From the NCBI GenBank assembly GCA_963514005.1, contig OY740787.1:72416001-72480000 (forward strand): DNA of 64,000 bases, written 5' to 3'. The DNA is from Raja brachyura. Lineage: Eukaryota. Numbering within the stretch: position 1 is the first letter of the stretch; each line of letters begins with the position of its first letter. The notes under the pieces were generated by a model. It worked only from the letters and a program-made list of their open reading frames with translations, was not told where the DNA came from and did no database searches. The position numbers and the translations under genes were made by a program. This document shows, one piece after another, positions 25,391 to 38,162 of the stretch.

Positions 25391-26152
25391 CACCACCAGG
25401 GGGCGCTGCATGATGGCACCCTTGCCAGCAGTCTGTCTGTGTTTTTGTCTTTTTGTTATTTTGTGTGAGTTTTTAAAGTATGGGTTAATATTCTCTGGTT
25501 TGTTTTAGGTGGGGGAGGGGGTCGGGGAAAACTTTTTTTCAATCTCTTACCTTGCCGGAGACGCGATTGTTTTCTGGTCGCTCTGCGGCCTAACATCATG
25601 GAGCTGGCGGCCTTGCTCGGGTCTGACTTTGAGCCCTACCGCAAGGACGTGGACTTGCCATCAGAGCCGATCCCTTGCCTGGGATCAACGCTCCAACTGT
25701 GGCCTGCGGATTTCAACATCGTGCAGCTCACAGTCTCGGGTAGAAACCGAATCAGGCAGCTCCAACGATGCAGAAGGTTTGACTAGGCCTGACCGGGGTC
25801 CGATCGCCCGGTGCGGGGTAGTTGAAATCCCAGCCGTTGCAGGAGCTTGATCACCCTGATGCAGAGGGCCCGACTGCCGGCTACTGGAGCCAAGATTGCC
25901 CCGTCAACGGAAGGCTCGAGGCCCCTGACTGCGGGAGAACAAAGAAGGGAAGAGATTGAACTTTTTTTTTCGCCTTCCATCACAGTGAGGAATGTGGAGG
26001 AGTCACTGTGGTGGATGTTTATGTTAAAATGTATTTTGTGTGTCTTGTTGCTTTTTGTTGGTATGACTGTATGGCAAATTATATTCCTTGTATGTTGCAA
26101 AACATACTTGACTAATAGTGATTATGATTATGAATGTATGATTATGATTATA
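25391..26152 (+). mobile_element. GC-rich non-coding retroposon (SINE-like/bipartite), homologous to 57812-58706
   Basis: Shared 5' cagtctgtctgt+T tract, ggagac/cga hairpin, 3' gccttccatcacagtgagg...tcactgtg.tggatgttt hairpin; (gattat)n tail. Confidence 0.7.
25393..25406 (+). promoter_or_regulatory. Consensus CTCF binding motif
   Basis: CCACCAGGGGGCGC matches the CTCF core consensus CCASYAGRKGGCRS; occupancy unknown. Confidence 0.5.
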
Positions 26153-26173
26153 CTAGAAGCATGTTATGCCTCT

Positions 26174-26468
26174 GGGCAGCACAGTGGCTCAGCGGTAGAG
26201 CTGATGTCTCACAGTGCCAGAGACTCGGGGTGAATCCTGACTACGGGTGCTGCCTGTGCAGAGTTTCTACATTCTCTCTGTGACCTGCGGGGGGTTTCTC
26301 CTGGTGCTTCGGTTTCCTCCCACACTCCAAAGACCTGTGGTTTAATTGGCTTCTGTAATTTGCCAGCTAGTATGTAGGATGTAAAAGTAGGATAACATAG
26401 AAAATGTGTATGGGACCTGGGTGGGCTGAGGGACCTTCTTTCATGCTGTATCTCTAAACTAAACTAAA
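26174..26468 (+). mobile_element. HE1-like SINE
   Basis: gggcagcacagtggctcagcggtagagctg (A box), gtgaatcc (B box), ggtttcctcccacactccaaagac, (taaac)n tail. Confidence 0.85.
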
Positions 26469-26732
26469 AGGTGAGATTGGCGACCCAAAAAAATGCATAG
26501 TATTTTTTTGGGCAACAAACAATCTGCTGGAGGAACTCTGCAGGCCAACCATCCTTTGTTGAGGGAAATGAATTGTCAAAAAAAATGTTTTGGGTCCTTC
26601 AAATGTAATCATATCAACATTTCTCTCATCAGCATTTCTCTTCTGTTCAGAAATAGTATGGTCCATTTAAATCCCTCTCGTTGCTCAAAGATATTTTCTG
26701 GCTGAGACGAGCGCCAGACAACCTCCTACGTC

Positions 26733-27712
26733 ATAGAGTTGTACAGCACGGAAACATTTCAGCTCAACTCATCCATGCTGACCAAGATACCCCATTTCAG
26801 CTGGTCCCCTTTGGCTGCGTTTGACCAATATATATCTAAATATTTCCTATCCATGTATCGACTGGGCTTGTATTCACTGGAATTTTGAAGAATTTTGAAA
26901 CATCTTATAGGTGTTTCAATTCCATCCATCATTAAAATTATTAAGGGATTGGACAGGCTAGATGCAGGAAGAAAATTCCAAATTATTGAATGAAAGAAAT
27001 GAATATTTATTTATCCATGTAGATAACTGCTTTTGGAATAACATAGCAGCACAATTTACCACCACTGCAACTTTGGGTTACAATAGCGAGAACATTTGAG
27101 TATAGGAGCAAGGAGATCCTACTGCAGTTGTACAGGGTCCTGGAGAGACTACACCTGGACTATTGTGTACAGTTTTGGCCTCTTAATTTGAGGAAGGACA
27201 TTCTTGTTATTGAGTGAGTACAGCGTAGCTTCACCAGGTTAATTCCTGGGATGGCTGGACGGACATATGATGAAAGAATGGATCGACTGGGCTTGTATTC
27301 CCTGGAATTCAGAAGGGTGAGAGGGGATCTTACAGAAACATATAAAGTACTTGAGGGATTAGACAGGCTGGATGCAGGAAAAATGTCCCCGATGTTGGGG
27401 GAGTCCAGAACCAGGGGGGGTCACAGTTTAAGCATAACGGGTAGGCCATTTAGGACTGAGATGAGGAAAAGCTTTTTCACGAAGAGAGTTGTGAATCTGT
27501 GGAATTCTCTGCCACTGAAGGCAATGGAGGCCAATTCACTGGATGTTTTCAAGAGAGAGTTGGATATAGCTCTTAGGGCTAACGGAATCAAGGGATATGG
27601 GGAGAAAGCAGGAATGGGGTACTGATTCTGGATGATCAGCCATTTTCATATTGAATGATCATATTCAATGGGCCGAATGGGCTACTCCTGCACTTATTTT
27701 TCCATGTTTCTA
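26733..27712 (+). mobile_element. CR1 3' fragments (main copy 27085-27712, with short rearranged pieces upstream)
   Basis: ORF 27251..27625: LGLYSLEFRRVRGDLTETYK...FFTKRVVNLWNSLP. Confidence 0.85.
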
Positions 27713-29189
27713 CCTGACCAAATAGTCAGGTGATATAACATCAGCAGTACATTGACAGGCCCATTGGTGAATGATGACTGAATAAATAGATTGTATCTTA
27801 TTACATGCAATTCTCATACTTCCAATTCTGGCTGGTTTTATGTTTGATTCGAAAATGTAGGCTATTGATTTGCTTAGTACTTTCCAATTGGTAAGAATGT
27901 AAATCAAAGATTAATCTTTCCATATAAAATCACTCTATATATAAAAACTGCGTGGAGAAAATAAATCCTTTCCACACATTAATAAATTAGAGTTGAACTC
28001 CCAGCAAATCCTAGAGGAAAACAAGTGATGGTAGATTGAAAATAAAAGGGAAAAATAATGCTACATAGTTGTTGAGAATTTGTCACGTTAGCAAACATTA
28101 ATGTGAAGACTGCTCCTGTCAAACAAAGAGCTCTGCTACCAGGAGTGGGAATGGGAATTTGCGTAGAGTGTGCATGTTAATTGTAGCAAATTGTATTTGG
28201 GTATATGATTGGCATGTTAGTATCAGATTGGAAATAATCCAAGTTGGCGAAACATTTCCTTAAATCGTTATGGCAAGTTCAAGAATTTCCACCAGAACAT
28301 GAATTGCCACCTGCATGAACATGAACATGCATTCACAGGCTGAATACACTTTGAGTGCCAGAAGGGCAATAAACTATGAATGCCAAACAGGGGCTGCTGG
28401 TTGTCATTGCAACAGCAACTATGAAGCTTCCATATCATCAGTGCTTCTTGTGTCACGTTTCCTCTGAGTATTATCAAACTAAGCATGGCCAGGATACAAG
28501 TTTAGAAACACCATAAAGGGAGAGTGTAGGAAGCGACTACTGTGGTGAAGTTAATAAAGTCCATGAGTTATGCATGGGTGCAGGAGGCAACTCCGATGCA
28601 GTTGTCAATGTAACAGAGATAGCGGTGAAGTTATTAAAGTCCATGAGTAAAGTGCATAGAGGAAGAGGATACACACATTCCAGGGCCAGCAGAAGGGCCA
28701 TCAAGGATCAGAGGTAGAAGGATGAAAATGTTGACTTTGAGGTAATGCTTAAATGGAATTCAAGAGAGTTCAGTTAGCATCGCCTTCCTGCTGAATGGGT
28801 GAATGGCCATTAATGCAATGTAAGTAATTAGGCAGTAACAATTTTGATGACTTCAAGTTTACTAATGTTGGATCAACTGATAAATAACACGAGTACATTG
28901 GAAAACTCAAGTCTTGACACCACTGACGTGGATGAGCATTGATAAAGTCAACAATCCTACATAATTGTAAATACATGGTCACATTAATGGGGAGACAGGA
29001 GAACTATCAACGTGAGTGATGACCATCTATGGTGGAAGACAAGTCAAATAGAGAAATCATGATGAACCATGAGCAGTGGTTGTCGTGGACTCAGTGGGCG
29101 GAAGGCCTGTTTCCATGTTATTTCTTTCAATCAATCGAGAGGGACACTTACTTTGGATAAGGATATTACCTAGGATCAGAAACTATGGT

Positions 29190-29880
29190 TCTTTATCCTA
29201 TGTCAAGTGGAGATGGTTGAGAGCTGTAAGTTCCTAGGCATAGATATGATTAACAATTGTCCTTGTCCAAGTACATGGATGCTGTGACCCAAAAAGTATA
29301 CTGCCACCTCTACGTCCTCAAACTGGGGGAAATTCAGCATGTCCCAAATTACAATTACCAATTTCTATGGATGCACCATTGACACTATTGGGATGCTTTA
29401 TCAGCTTGGTTTGGTAACTGTTTAGCCCTAGATCACTAGATTCCTCTGCATCCATCCCCAACCCCTAAACTTCACACTGCTTCGAAAAAGCAATCAGCAT
29501 AATCATGAACCACTCACACCCTGGCCATTCCCTCTTCCCTGCTCTCCCATCAGGTGGAAAATACATGAGCTTGAAAGCACGTCCCACTGTATTTAATCAC
29601 AACTTCTTTCCACTGTTATGTGACTCTTGAATGCACCTCTCATTAGCTAAGGTCTGTGTTCCTGACCACCCCCCACCCCCCACCTTCCCAATTTATCCTT
29701 GGAACTTTTTCTTTAAATCTGTTCTTTCTCTGCAACTGTCACGCCATATTCTACACTATTAGCTTTCCCTTCGCTCACCATGTACTCAAGTATGGTTTTG
29801 ATTGGAGTACTTTATGATCATTTTACCCAAATAGCACTCAAACACAATTTTCCACAGGTTTTTGGTACAATGACAAACTA
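29190..29880 (+). mobile_element. Old Rex1/Babar-type LINE 3' fragment
   Basis: gtggagatggttgagagctgtaagttcctaggc; cactcacaccctggccattccctcttc; parallels 16991-17873. Confidence 0.6.
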
Positions 29881-29992
29881 AAGCCAATACTGATGGGCAC
29901 TGGAAAGCAGAGAAAATACTCACAGGGAAAATCATTTTTACATTGAGACGGGTAATGAGGATTTTAAACGGTCAAGAAGTATCACTTTGGAC

Positions 29993-30145
29993 CAAATTTG
30001 CTGGAGTAACTCAGCGAGCCAGAAAGCATCCGGCCCTGAAATGTCACCTATCCACGTCTCCCAGAGATGCTGCCAGACCCGCTGAGTTATTCCAGCACTT
30101 TGTGTCTTTTTTTTAATTTTAAAAGCATCTGCAGTTCCTTGTATC
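29993..30145. mobile_element. Penelope 3'-repeat fold-back
   Basis: tgctggagtaactcagcg ... cgctgagttattccagca inverted arms, then the agcatctgcagttcct tail. Confidence 0.7.
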
Positions 30146-30149
30146 TGAA

Positions 30150-30900
30150 TGACTTTGGGATTTGACTAGAGCAAAACCACCGAATAATTGATGGGAATTA
30201 GAGGAAGAAATATATAGTGAGATCACAGCCAAATGCAAGGATAATAGGAATGTATTACTAGCAGATTTTAAGGGCTTGGACTTGTGGAGTTTGTTAAGTA
30301 TGTTCAGGAAAATGTTCTTAATTAATTTGTAAAATAGCCCGATAAGAGAAGGGGCAAAACTTGATCTCCTCTTGGGAAATAAGGCAGGTGAGGCTACTGA
30401 GGTGCTGGTGGGGCAGCACTTTGGAATGGGTGCCATAGTTCTATTAATTTAAAAATAGATATGGAAAGAAACAGGACTGTTCTGCAAGTTGAAATCCTAA
30501 ATTAGAAAGAGGCTAATTTTCATGTAGATCGATGCAAGCTTTTAGAAGTTGATTATGGGAGGCTGTTTGCTGGCAAGGGACATCTGGCAAGTGGGAGGCT
30601 TTGTAAATGTGAGATAGCACGAATTCAGGGGCATTGTGTTTCTGTCAGAGTGGAAGGCAGGGCTGGCAGGATTAGGGAACTCTGGATAACACGAGATAGT
30701 GAGGAGCTGCTCAAGAAAAAGGAGGCAGCTGGGATCAAGCAAATCCCGTGAGGAGTAAAGGGGATGTCAGTGAACACTTGAGGAAAAACAGGAGGGCAAA
30801 AAGTGGACATGAGATAGCTTTGGCTGAAAGGTAAATGAGAATCCAAAGAGATTCTATAATGATATCAATGGCAAAAGACTAACGAGGGAGAGAATAGGAG
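30150..30900 (+). mobile_element. Degenerate CR1 ORF2 endonuclease/linker remnant
   Basis: ggggcaaaacttgatctcctcttgggaaat, ggggcagcactttgga, gagaatccaaagagattctat resemble CR1 APE-linker sequence; many stops. Confidence 0.6.
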
Positions 30901-32244
30901 TAGGAGGAACGACCAAGGGTATGATTCGGTGACGAGAACTCCACAGTCACCATCTCGATGTGACCAAGCCACATGGACAAGTTGGCAGACTGGGAGGCAG
31001 TTCTAGGCAGGATCTGATCTGCTGTTCACCTGGTAGTCATGTCCGAGTACTTCCCTCGATCCCCGATCCCATGGACCCCTGTACAGGATCTGGCTGTTTC
31101 TCTCACTAATATTGGTCAAAATACAAACCCGTCTAAAGTACCACGTCAAGGAGTTGTGGAAAGGGCTGGTCCTATTTTTCAATCATCGCAATTCATTAAT
31201 CTTTCATGTAGAGCCAGACTATTTGATGTTATAGTCTTAAGCCATTAAGTTAATGATTAACAATTGTCACAATTGATCAGAAAATAACTGAAGATCAAAA
31301 CTGAACAAAAAGTGGAAGATATCAGAGTCTATTGAGACGTAGACCTTTAAAACCTGTTTGTGTTCAGTTGTTGTCTCACGTTCATTACAATGCAGCAACA
31401 CAAATCATTGAAGTTCCTGAAGAATTTCACGCACCATCTGATCTGACAGACCTGCAAATGAAATTTAAATGCAAAAGTTACTTGCATCGACTGAGCCAAT
31501 TCAATGTTATTTAATAATATTGTTCATATAAAATGCCTAGGTGCACCAGGAATATTTGATTGCCTTTGTACATTTTCTTTGCCGTTATTCTTCCTATTTA
31601 AATTATGCGAACAAAACTCTCGTGGTGTATGTTTTTAAGAGCAACGGATATAACCATATAACCATATAATAATTACAGCACGGAAACAGGCCTTCTCAGC
31701 CCTTCCAGTCCGTGCCGACCAAATGACAATGAAAATGACAATCCTGCAAAGGAACAATGGCTGTAAGTGTTTTGTTTTAAACCTACCAATAGTCATGCCA
31801 GCTTTGTAAGTGCTGGGGAACAAGTTTGGATTGCTGCAGTTATCACCTTCACTGAGGTATCTGTCATATCTACTTCCCTTCCCAACTTATTCTCTTCCAT
31901 GTGTCCACTTACCATGTGTCCATGGATCTTTCATCACATCCACACAAAGGGTGGTCAGTCAACTTTCTAGCATGTATTTGAGAGGAAACCGGAATGTCAA
32001 GGGCAGCCCGGTGCAGACATGCAGAGAATGCAGAACCCAAGGTCCAGATGGAACCTGAGTCCCTGGAGCTGGAGTCAACAGCGGCAACCCTTGTGTCCCC
32101 CCAGGTATTGTCCAGCAGAAAACTCTTTAGGAGTCGGTCATTTTTTCAATTCTCCTTCAACCTCCCAAACATCTCAACCCTTCCAAAGTCTGATCCAGAA
32201 ACCTCCTCAGCCAAAGATATTTACCCCTCCCTGACTCTAGTTAT

Positions 32245-32535
32245 GGTTTAGTTTAAAGATACAGCATGGAAACATGGCCCTTCAGCCCACCGCGTCCATG
32301 CTAACCATCAATCACCCACTCACATTAGTTCTCTGTTACCCTGGTTTGCCATACACACAAGGGGCAATTTACAGAGGCCAATTAACCCACAAATCTACAC
32401 GTCTTTGGGATGTGGGGGGAAACCAGAGCACTCAGCCGACACAACACGGTTACAGGGAGGGCGTGCAAACTCTACAGAGACAGCTCCCATGGTGAGGGTC
32501 TGGCACTGTGAGGCAGCAGTTCTGCCAGCTGTGCC
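32245..32535 (-). mobile_element. HE1-like SINE (an older copy lies at about 31830-32100)
   Basis: tttagttt tail, ggcccttcagcccacc, ccaattaaccc...gtctttgggatgtggg, gaggcagcag head. Confidence 0.8.
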
Positions 32536-32847
32536 ATCTACCATTGTGCCATCTCACTTACCCAGTGACCGATGTGCACTGATAAATCCCAGCAGTGTGG
32601 TTTCCTTCCAAAGACGCACTGATAGATTAAATATCTACTGTGAATTACCCAGTAGTGTAGGTGAGTGGCAATAGATTGAAAGAGGAGTTAATGGGCATGT
32701 GAAAGAGAATATGTCGTGGGACTCCAAAGAGAGGGGAATGAGACTGATAGGATTGCCCTGCTGGAAGCTGATATGGATTTGATGGGCTGAATGGCTTCCT
32801 ATGTCAAAGTGACGCACGTCCCCTAATGCAAAGGCTGAAAGAATGAA

Positions 32848-33210
32848 TAGGAAGGAACTGCAGACACTGGTTTACACCGAAGATAGACACAAAATGCTGG
32901 AGTAACTTGTTTTCACTTAGCCCACAGCTAACAGTGGACCACTTCATTGATCATTGTTGCTTTTTTGCATATCTTTCATTTCCTTGTTCTATATTTTTCT
33001 ATAGTGCCAGTGCCAGTAGATGACCTTTCGGGTTGACACCATTCTTCAGACAGAGTCAGAGGAAATGGTATCTATATTACCATCTTTATCTCTTGTTTCC
33101 ATTTCCTCTGACTCTGTCTGAAGAATGGTGTCAACCCGAAAGGTCATCTACTCCTCTCCAGAGATGCTGCCTGTCCTGCTGAGTTACTCCAGCATTTTGT
33201 GTCTATCTTT
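32848..33210. mobile_element. Rearranged Penelope 3'-repeat cluster containing a perfect 53-bp inverted repeat
   Basis: Arms 33016-33068 and 33099-33151 are exact reverse complements; outer inverted gatagacacaaaatgctggagtaac. Confidence 0.8.
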
Positions 33211-33671
33211 CTGGAAGATTGAGTGATGGGTTTCAGCAATGAGTGGTGGTTGGATAGAAATTTGTCTGCCTTTCAACTGGGAACAAAGGTAAATGCTAGC
33301 AGTTACAACGGTAGCTGCCTTTATATCATTCTGTCAGCCAGTTTGTATCAGGGCCATGATGACGCTGTACAATAATCACTGAAAGAGCAAAATCTGCAAA
33401 TGACTGCTTGTTTTCAAGGAAGATGGAAAGGAGTGTAGTGATAGGTTTCCCACTGGCAAACCCCATGGGGTCAGCACTAGGTGAGGTGCAATGGGTGGGA
33501 ATGAGATTGGCACGACTATGCTCCAGCTTGCATGTGGATGCGGATTGTAGCTGGGAATGTAGGATATTCCAACTAGAGTTGCATTTGCAATGTCAAGTCT
33601 CTCTGCGGGGCTCTCAGAGGGGCGTAGAAGAACTATGGTTGGTTCTATGCTTCTTGAGATTGTTTATGCTT

Positions 33672-33922
33672 TGAGTTACAGCATTGAAACAAGTTGTTTG
33701 GTCCACTGAGTCCACGCCGACCATTGATCACCCGTTCTATGTTATCCCATTTTCACATCCACTTGACATTAAAGGGAATTGTACACAGGCCAATTAACCT
33801 ACAAACCCGTACACCTTTGGGATGTCGGAGGAAACCGGAGTATTCAAAGGAAACCCATGCAGTCATAGGGAGAATGTGCAAACTCCACACAGACAGCACC
33901 CGATGTCAGGATCGAACCCGAG
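33672..33922 (-). mobile_element. HE1-like SINE
   Basis: ccaattaacctacaaacc...ggaggaaaccggag...aactccacacagacagcacc...ggatcgaaccc. Confidence 0.8.
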
Positions 33923-34645
33923 TCATATATACAAGACCCAAATTCGAACCTGACATGGGGATCCCGACATATATATACAGCACTGATGGCTTACGGAGTG
34001 AAAGTTTCAGGTGAATATCAATGAAGAAGGCTGCTTTGTGTTGGATGTTATTGAGCCTCGAGTTTTCTTGAAAGTTGTTCCCCATTTCCAGCCACTTGAA
34101 ACAGGAACCCCACAGTTGCTACCTAACCAACTGATTGTTTCAATCATCTTCTATCTTTATTTCAGATGTGCACAAGCGTCTACATTTGAGTCTTTACAAT
34201 AATTTGTTTTTTTTGCAGAGAATATTGAAATTAGATTACAAGGGGTTTAATCATTCTTTTATTTAGGGTTGTTTTTATCACTGCAGCAGTTGGTGGAGAA
34301 TAAGAAATGTACGCATTGGAAATATAAGCAAATGGCAGGAAGCTGCATTAACACGTTGTGACAATGTATTACGTTGTCCTGCCTTTACCATATGTTCAAT
34401 TTTGCGGGTTACTAAATATGCCTTTTTTTAAATTTTCTAGTGCAGTTAACTTGTTGTTTTGCATTTGTCATCAACTAATGTGCCATCAGAAAAAAAAGCC
34501 TCTTCTTCACTTATTTTCATGATTTGACGGTACTCTACACTAGCCAGGTTTAATCTTTCACATTTAACTCTTCCTCGTCTCGTTTCTAAAGGAGCATCCT
34601 TTTATTCTCAGGCTACAGCATCTGGTCTTAGACTATCCCACTAAT

Positions 34646-34940
34646 GCGCCACAGTGGTACAGCGCTTGCAGTGCCAGAGACCTGGGTTCGATACCGACTA
34701 CAGGTGCTGTCTGTACGGAGTTTGTACGTTCTCCCCGTGACCGCGTGGGTTTACTCCGAGATCTTCGGTTTTGTCTCACACTCCAAAGACGTACAGGCGT
34801 GTGGGTTAATTGGCTTGGTGTATGTGTAAATGTCCCCTAGTGTGTGTAAGACAGTGTTAATGTGCGGGGATTGCTGGTTGGTGCAGTAGGTGGGCTGAAG
34901 GGCCTGTTTCCGCGCTGTATCTCTAAACTAAACTAAACTA
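34646..34940 (+). mobile_element. HE1-like SINE
   Basis: gagacctgggttcgatacc B box, cactccaaagacgtacagg, (taaac)n tail. Confidence 0.85.
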
Positions 34941-35199
34941 TGGAAATGTCCTCTCTACATCTACTTTATCCAGGCCCTAGGAAGAGATTCCTTAGGAATT
35001 GGGAAGCACATGGAGCAGGTGCTGCCATCCCTAGAAATGGCCTGCAGTGGCCAGGGTATAGTGGCCCCCTCCTCTCCTCCCTGCGTAGTTCCACCACCTC
35101 CCGACACAAATCCTCACATGCAGCTCAATGCACACACTGAGATCCGGGGTGATTTGTTGCTGGATTCATATAAATTCGCAGTGCAGCATTTCACAGTAA

Positions 35200-35788
35200 A
35201 GGGCCTGTCCCATCAGCATGCAACTCTATGCGATTAGCGCGACCTAACGTGGTCGCTTGAGCCGTCCGGCGTCGCGGGGCCGGTCCCACTTCGATCGCCG
35301 GAGCCGTGCGGAATTGTGCGGAGTTCGTCCCGACATCGCGCGGGGCTCCGAAAAACTGACTATGTTCAAAAATTCCGCGCGGCAACGGCTTGTCGGCTCG
35401 CAGTCGGCTCGACGCATTACACACCGCCCCGACATCGTGCCTCCGTGAACCTATCTGTAAGTGCCTCCGTGACCCTCTATGTGTGTGGCTCCGTGGCCCT
35501 CTGTGTGTGTGTGTGTGTGTGTGCCTCTGTGCCCCTCCCTGTGTGCCCCTCTCTGTCCTGGCGAACTTACCTTAGACTTCGCTCCAAGTTCGCCTCACTT
35601 TGCGCCGCGTTGCGCCACTCACCCGACCTCCGCGCGCCCCCTGCTGCCGGTTTGGTCGCGCTTGCCGCATGCAGGCGCATGCTGGTGGGAACGGCCCTGT
35701 ACAGGGGATCACCCGACCTCCGCTCGGCCCCCGCTTCTAGTTTGATCGCGTTCATCGCATAGAGTTGCATGCTTGTAGGACAGGCCCT
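35200..35788. mobile_element. PIF/Harbinger-like MITE (family C), CpG-rich
   Basis: TIR agggcctgtcccatcagcatgcaactctatgcgat / atcgcatagagttgcatgcttgtaggacaggccct; flanks TAA/TTA. Confidence 0.8.
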
Positions 35789-36297
35789 TTAGCCTTGTAA
35801 TGAAAACCAACATGGATTTCTTGCTTGCCTCTCACTTTGCCCTTTTGTTTATTAATCCACTTTACTCCTGCCCATGATCATCCCCACTTATAAATGAAAC
35901 TATCACTTGGGATTCAATTCTGAAAGTTGTTTAATACAGTATGAAGCTTCAAGGTTAGTATGTCATAAGTTTGACAATGTCAATAGTACAAATATTTGTT
36001 GTTAACTGTTGATCTGAACATATCAGAGAAGGAAAGCTGTCTTGTGTTACATCAATCAACTAACTACACTTCAGGGTTGTTGATTAATAGTAGATCAATT
36101 TCCAATTAGACCTTGCCTCCTTGCGGTAAATGAAGTCCATGTGATGTGCCTTTTTCTAACATACAGACCACTTCCAGGTTACTGTTTGGAAACAAAGTAC
36201 AAGGTGCAGTTTAGAAGCAACATAATATTGTTCAAGGGCAGGGCCTAAATGTACATAATTAGACCCAGGATATGGGTTATTATCGGGTTAATGCTCT

Positions 36298-36680
36298 GAA
36301 AAAGACACAAGGTGCTGGAGTAACTCCACGGGTCAGGCACCATCTCGAGCACGTGGCGAGCACATGGGACCCTTCTCCAGACTGAGTGTGGTGGGGGGAG
36401 GGGGGTTAGTGTTGGAAGAAAGGAGGAGCAGAACCAAGGAAAGATGAAGTACAAATTGTGAAGTTAGCGGAAGAAAAATAGGTGGGAGGGGAGGGGAGAA
36501 ATGGGAATCCGTTCATATGGGGCACAGGGAAGAGTGAGGGGAGAGGGGGGGGGGGGGGGGGGGGGGGGTGTTGTGTTGTGGTGAGGTTTTTTTAACCTAA
36601 AATTGGAGAATTCAATGCTCATACCATTAGGTTGTAAACTACCCAAGTAGAATATTGAAGTTTGGTTGGAATTTGGAGCA
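36298..36680 (-). mobile_element. Penelope 3' remnant (GIY-YIG C-terminus plus 3' repeat)
   Basis: IFYLGSLQPNGMSIEFSNF matches IFRLGSLHPLGLNIEFSQF of the PLE at 62 kb. Confidence 0.75.
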
Positions 36681-37839
36681 TCCAGATTATCCACTTTACT
36701 ACTTGTCATCGGGTTCTGATTAGCCGATGATTCCAAGGTAGATGGTTGCAAAATTACTATTTGTTACTTTATTAATATGTGATAATAAGTGTTATCATCC
36801 GGACTTTGATTTTGCATAACACTTATAAGCTTGCTATTTTCCATTTCCTGTTTTGCTGTTCTTAGCCGCAACACAACACATATTAAGGTAGAAAACACAT
36901 TCCGAGACTCGACAAAGTTACAGCAGATAGATAATATGAGGTGTTGTGATGAGAAGTAAGTCAAGGCTGGAGATCAGGCTGGACGAGTAGCAGTTAATGG
37001 AAAAATTGAAGTTATGTGTGTCTCAGTACAAGGTAACAAAGCAAAGTTAAAATTATGCAAAAGAGTGCACTCTGAAGAATTTTGACTTTTTCACAAAAAC
37101 ATTCTTTAAAACTCATCATCCTTCATGTGTCACACCACAACATCACACGTTTTGTAAACCCCTTTCAGCAGTTGACCAATATTTGAGGATTGGGCCTTTT
37201 CCAGTGTGTTAGCAGCCTTGGCTAACTGCGTTTGTCACTGAGTCCCACTGCTCTGAGCTACTGTACTTCCTGTGTCATTTACACATGGATTTCGCCAAGA
37301 TTTGACAACTTTCAGGCTATTAACATAAAATTACACTGCAGCGTTGAGCAATAGGTGGCTTTAAAATTAACTGCAGCTGATCAGAAAGAACAGAAATGTC
37401 TCTTGGGTTTGAAAGAAAATGCTCAACAACAAGGTAGAACGGGAAGATAGGAAAGCACGCAGCTTTTTGAGAAGCCTTCAATATATGGCATAATTTTAAA
37501 TTCTTGATTATGATTACTATTTGCTTGCAAATTAGCACATCAGTTAATAAATTGCCTTTGATGGCAATGAAACGTGCACTTGGAAAGTTACGCAGTGAAT
37601 CGTGGATTTAAATTAGATCTGTAAGTTTGTCAGTGTCTGCTCCATACAGATTGCTTATTGAATGCCATTACAGGCTGCTTTGGAAATGATGTGCGCATTA
37701 ATAAGCTGAGACATCTGGTTACCAGTTTTTTTTTCCTGATTCATTAACTGACATTGTGACTATGGCCAGAGGGGCTCAAAGAAAACCCGGAGGGAATTCC
37801 TGCTGCCCCGCGATGGACCCTGATGATTGTTTCAATCCT

Positions 37840-38162
37840 TAGTTTAGTTTAGAGACACAGCGCGGAAACAGGCCCTTCGGCCCACCGAGTCCGCGCCGAA
37901 CAGCGATCCCTGCACATTAACACAAGCCTACACACACTAGAGGCAATTTACACTTATACCAAGTATACAAACCCAAGCCAATTAACCTACAGACCTGTAC
38001 GTCTTTGGAGTGTGGGAGGAAACCGAAGATCTCGGAGAAAACCCACGCAGATCACGGGGAGAATGTACAAACTCCGTACAGACAGCACCCATAGTCGGGA
38101 TCGAACCTGGGTCTCTAGCGCTGCAAGCACTGTAAGGCAGCAACTGTACCGCTGTTCCACCC
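37840..38162 (-). mobile_element. HE1-like SINE (young copy)
   Basis: Close reverse complement of 34646-34940. Confidence 0.9.

Noticed and set aside
25542-25575. Resemblance of atctcttaccttgccggaga to the U1 snRNA 5' end
   Set aside because: Match is short, does not extend, and is weaker in the homologous copy
26174-26250. tRNA gene-like A/B boxes (also in the other SINE heads)
   Set aside because: They continue into SINE body and tail; no complete cloverleaf, so not tRNA genes
28540-28650. Direct repeat ggtgaagtta(a/t)taaagtccatgagt x2 with a spacer (CRISPR-like look)
   Set aside because: Only two copies, eukaryotic context, no cas genes; a local duplication
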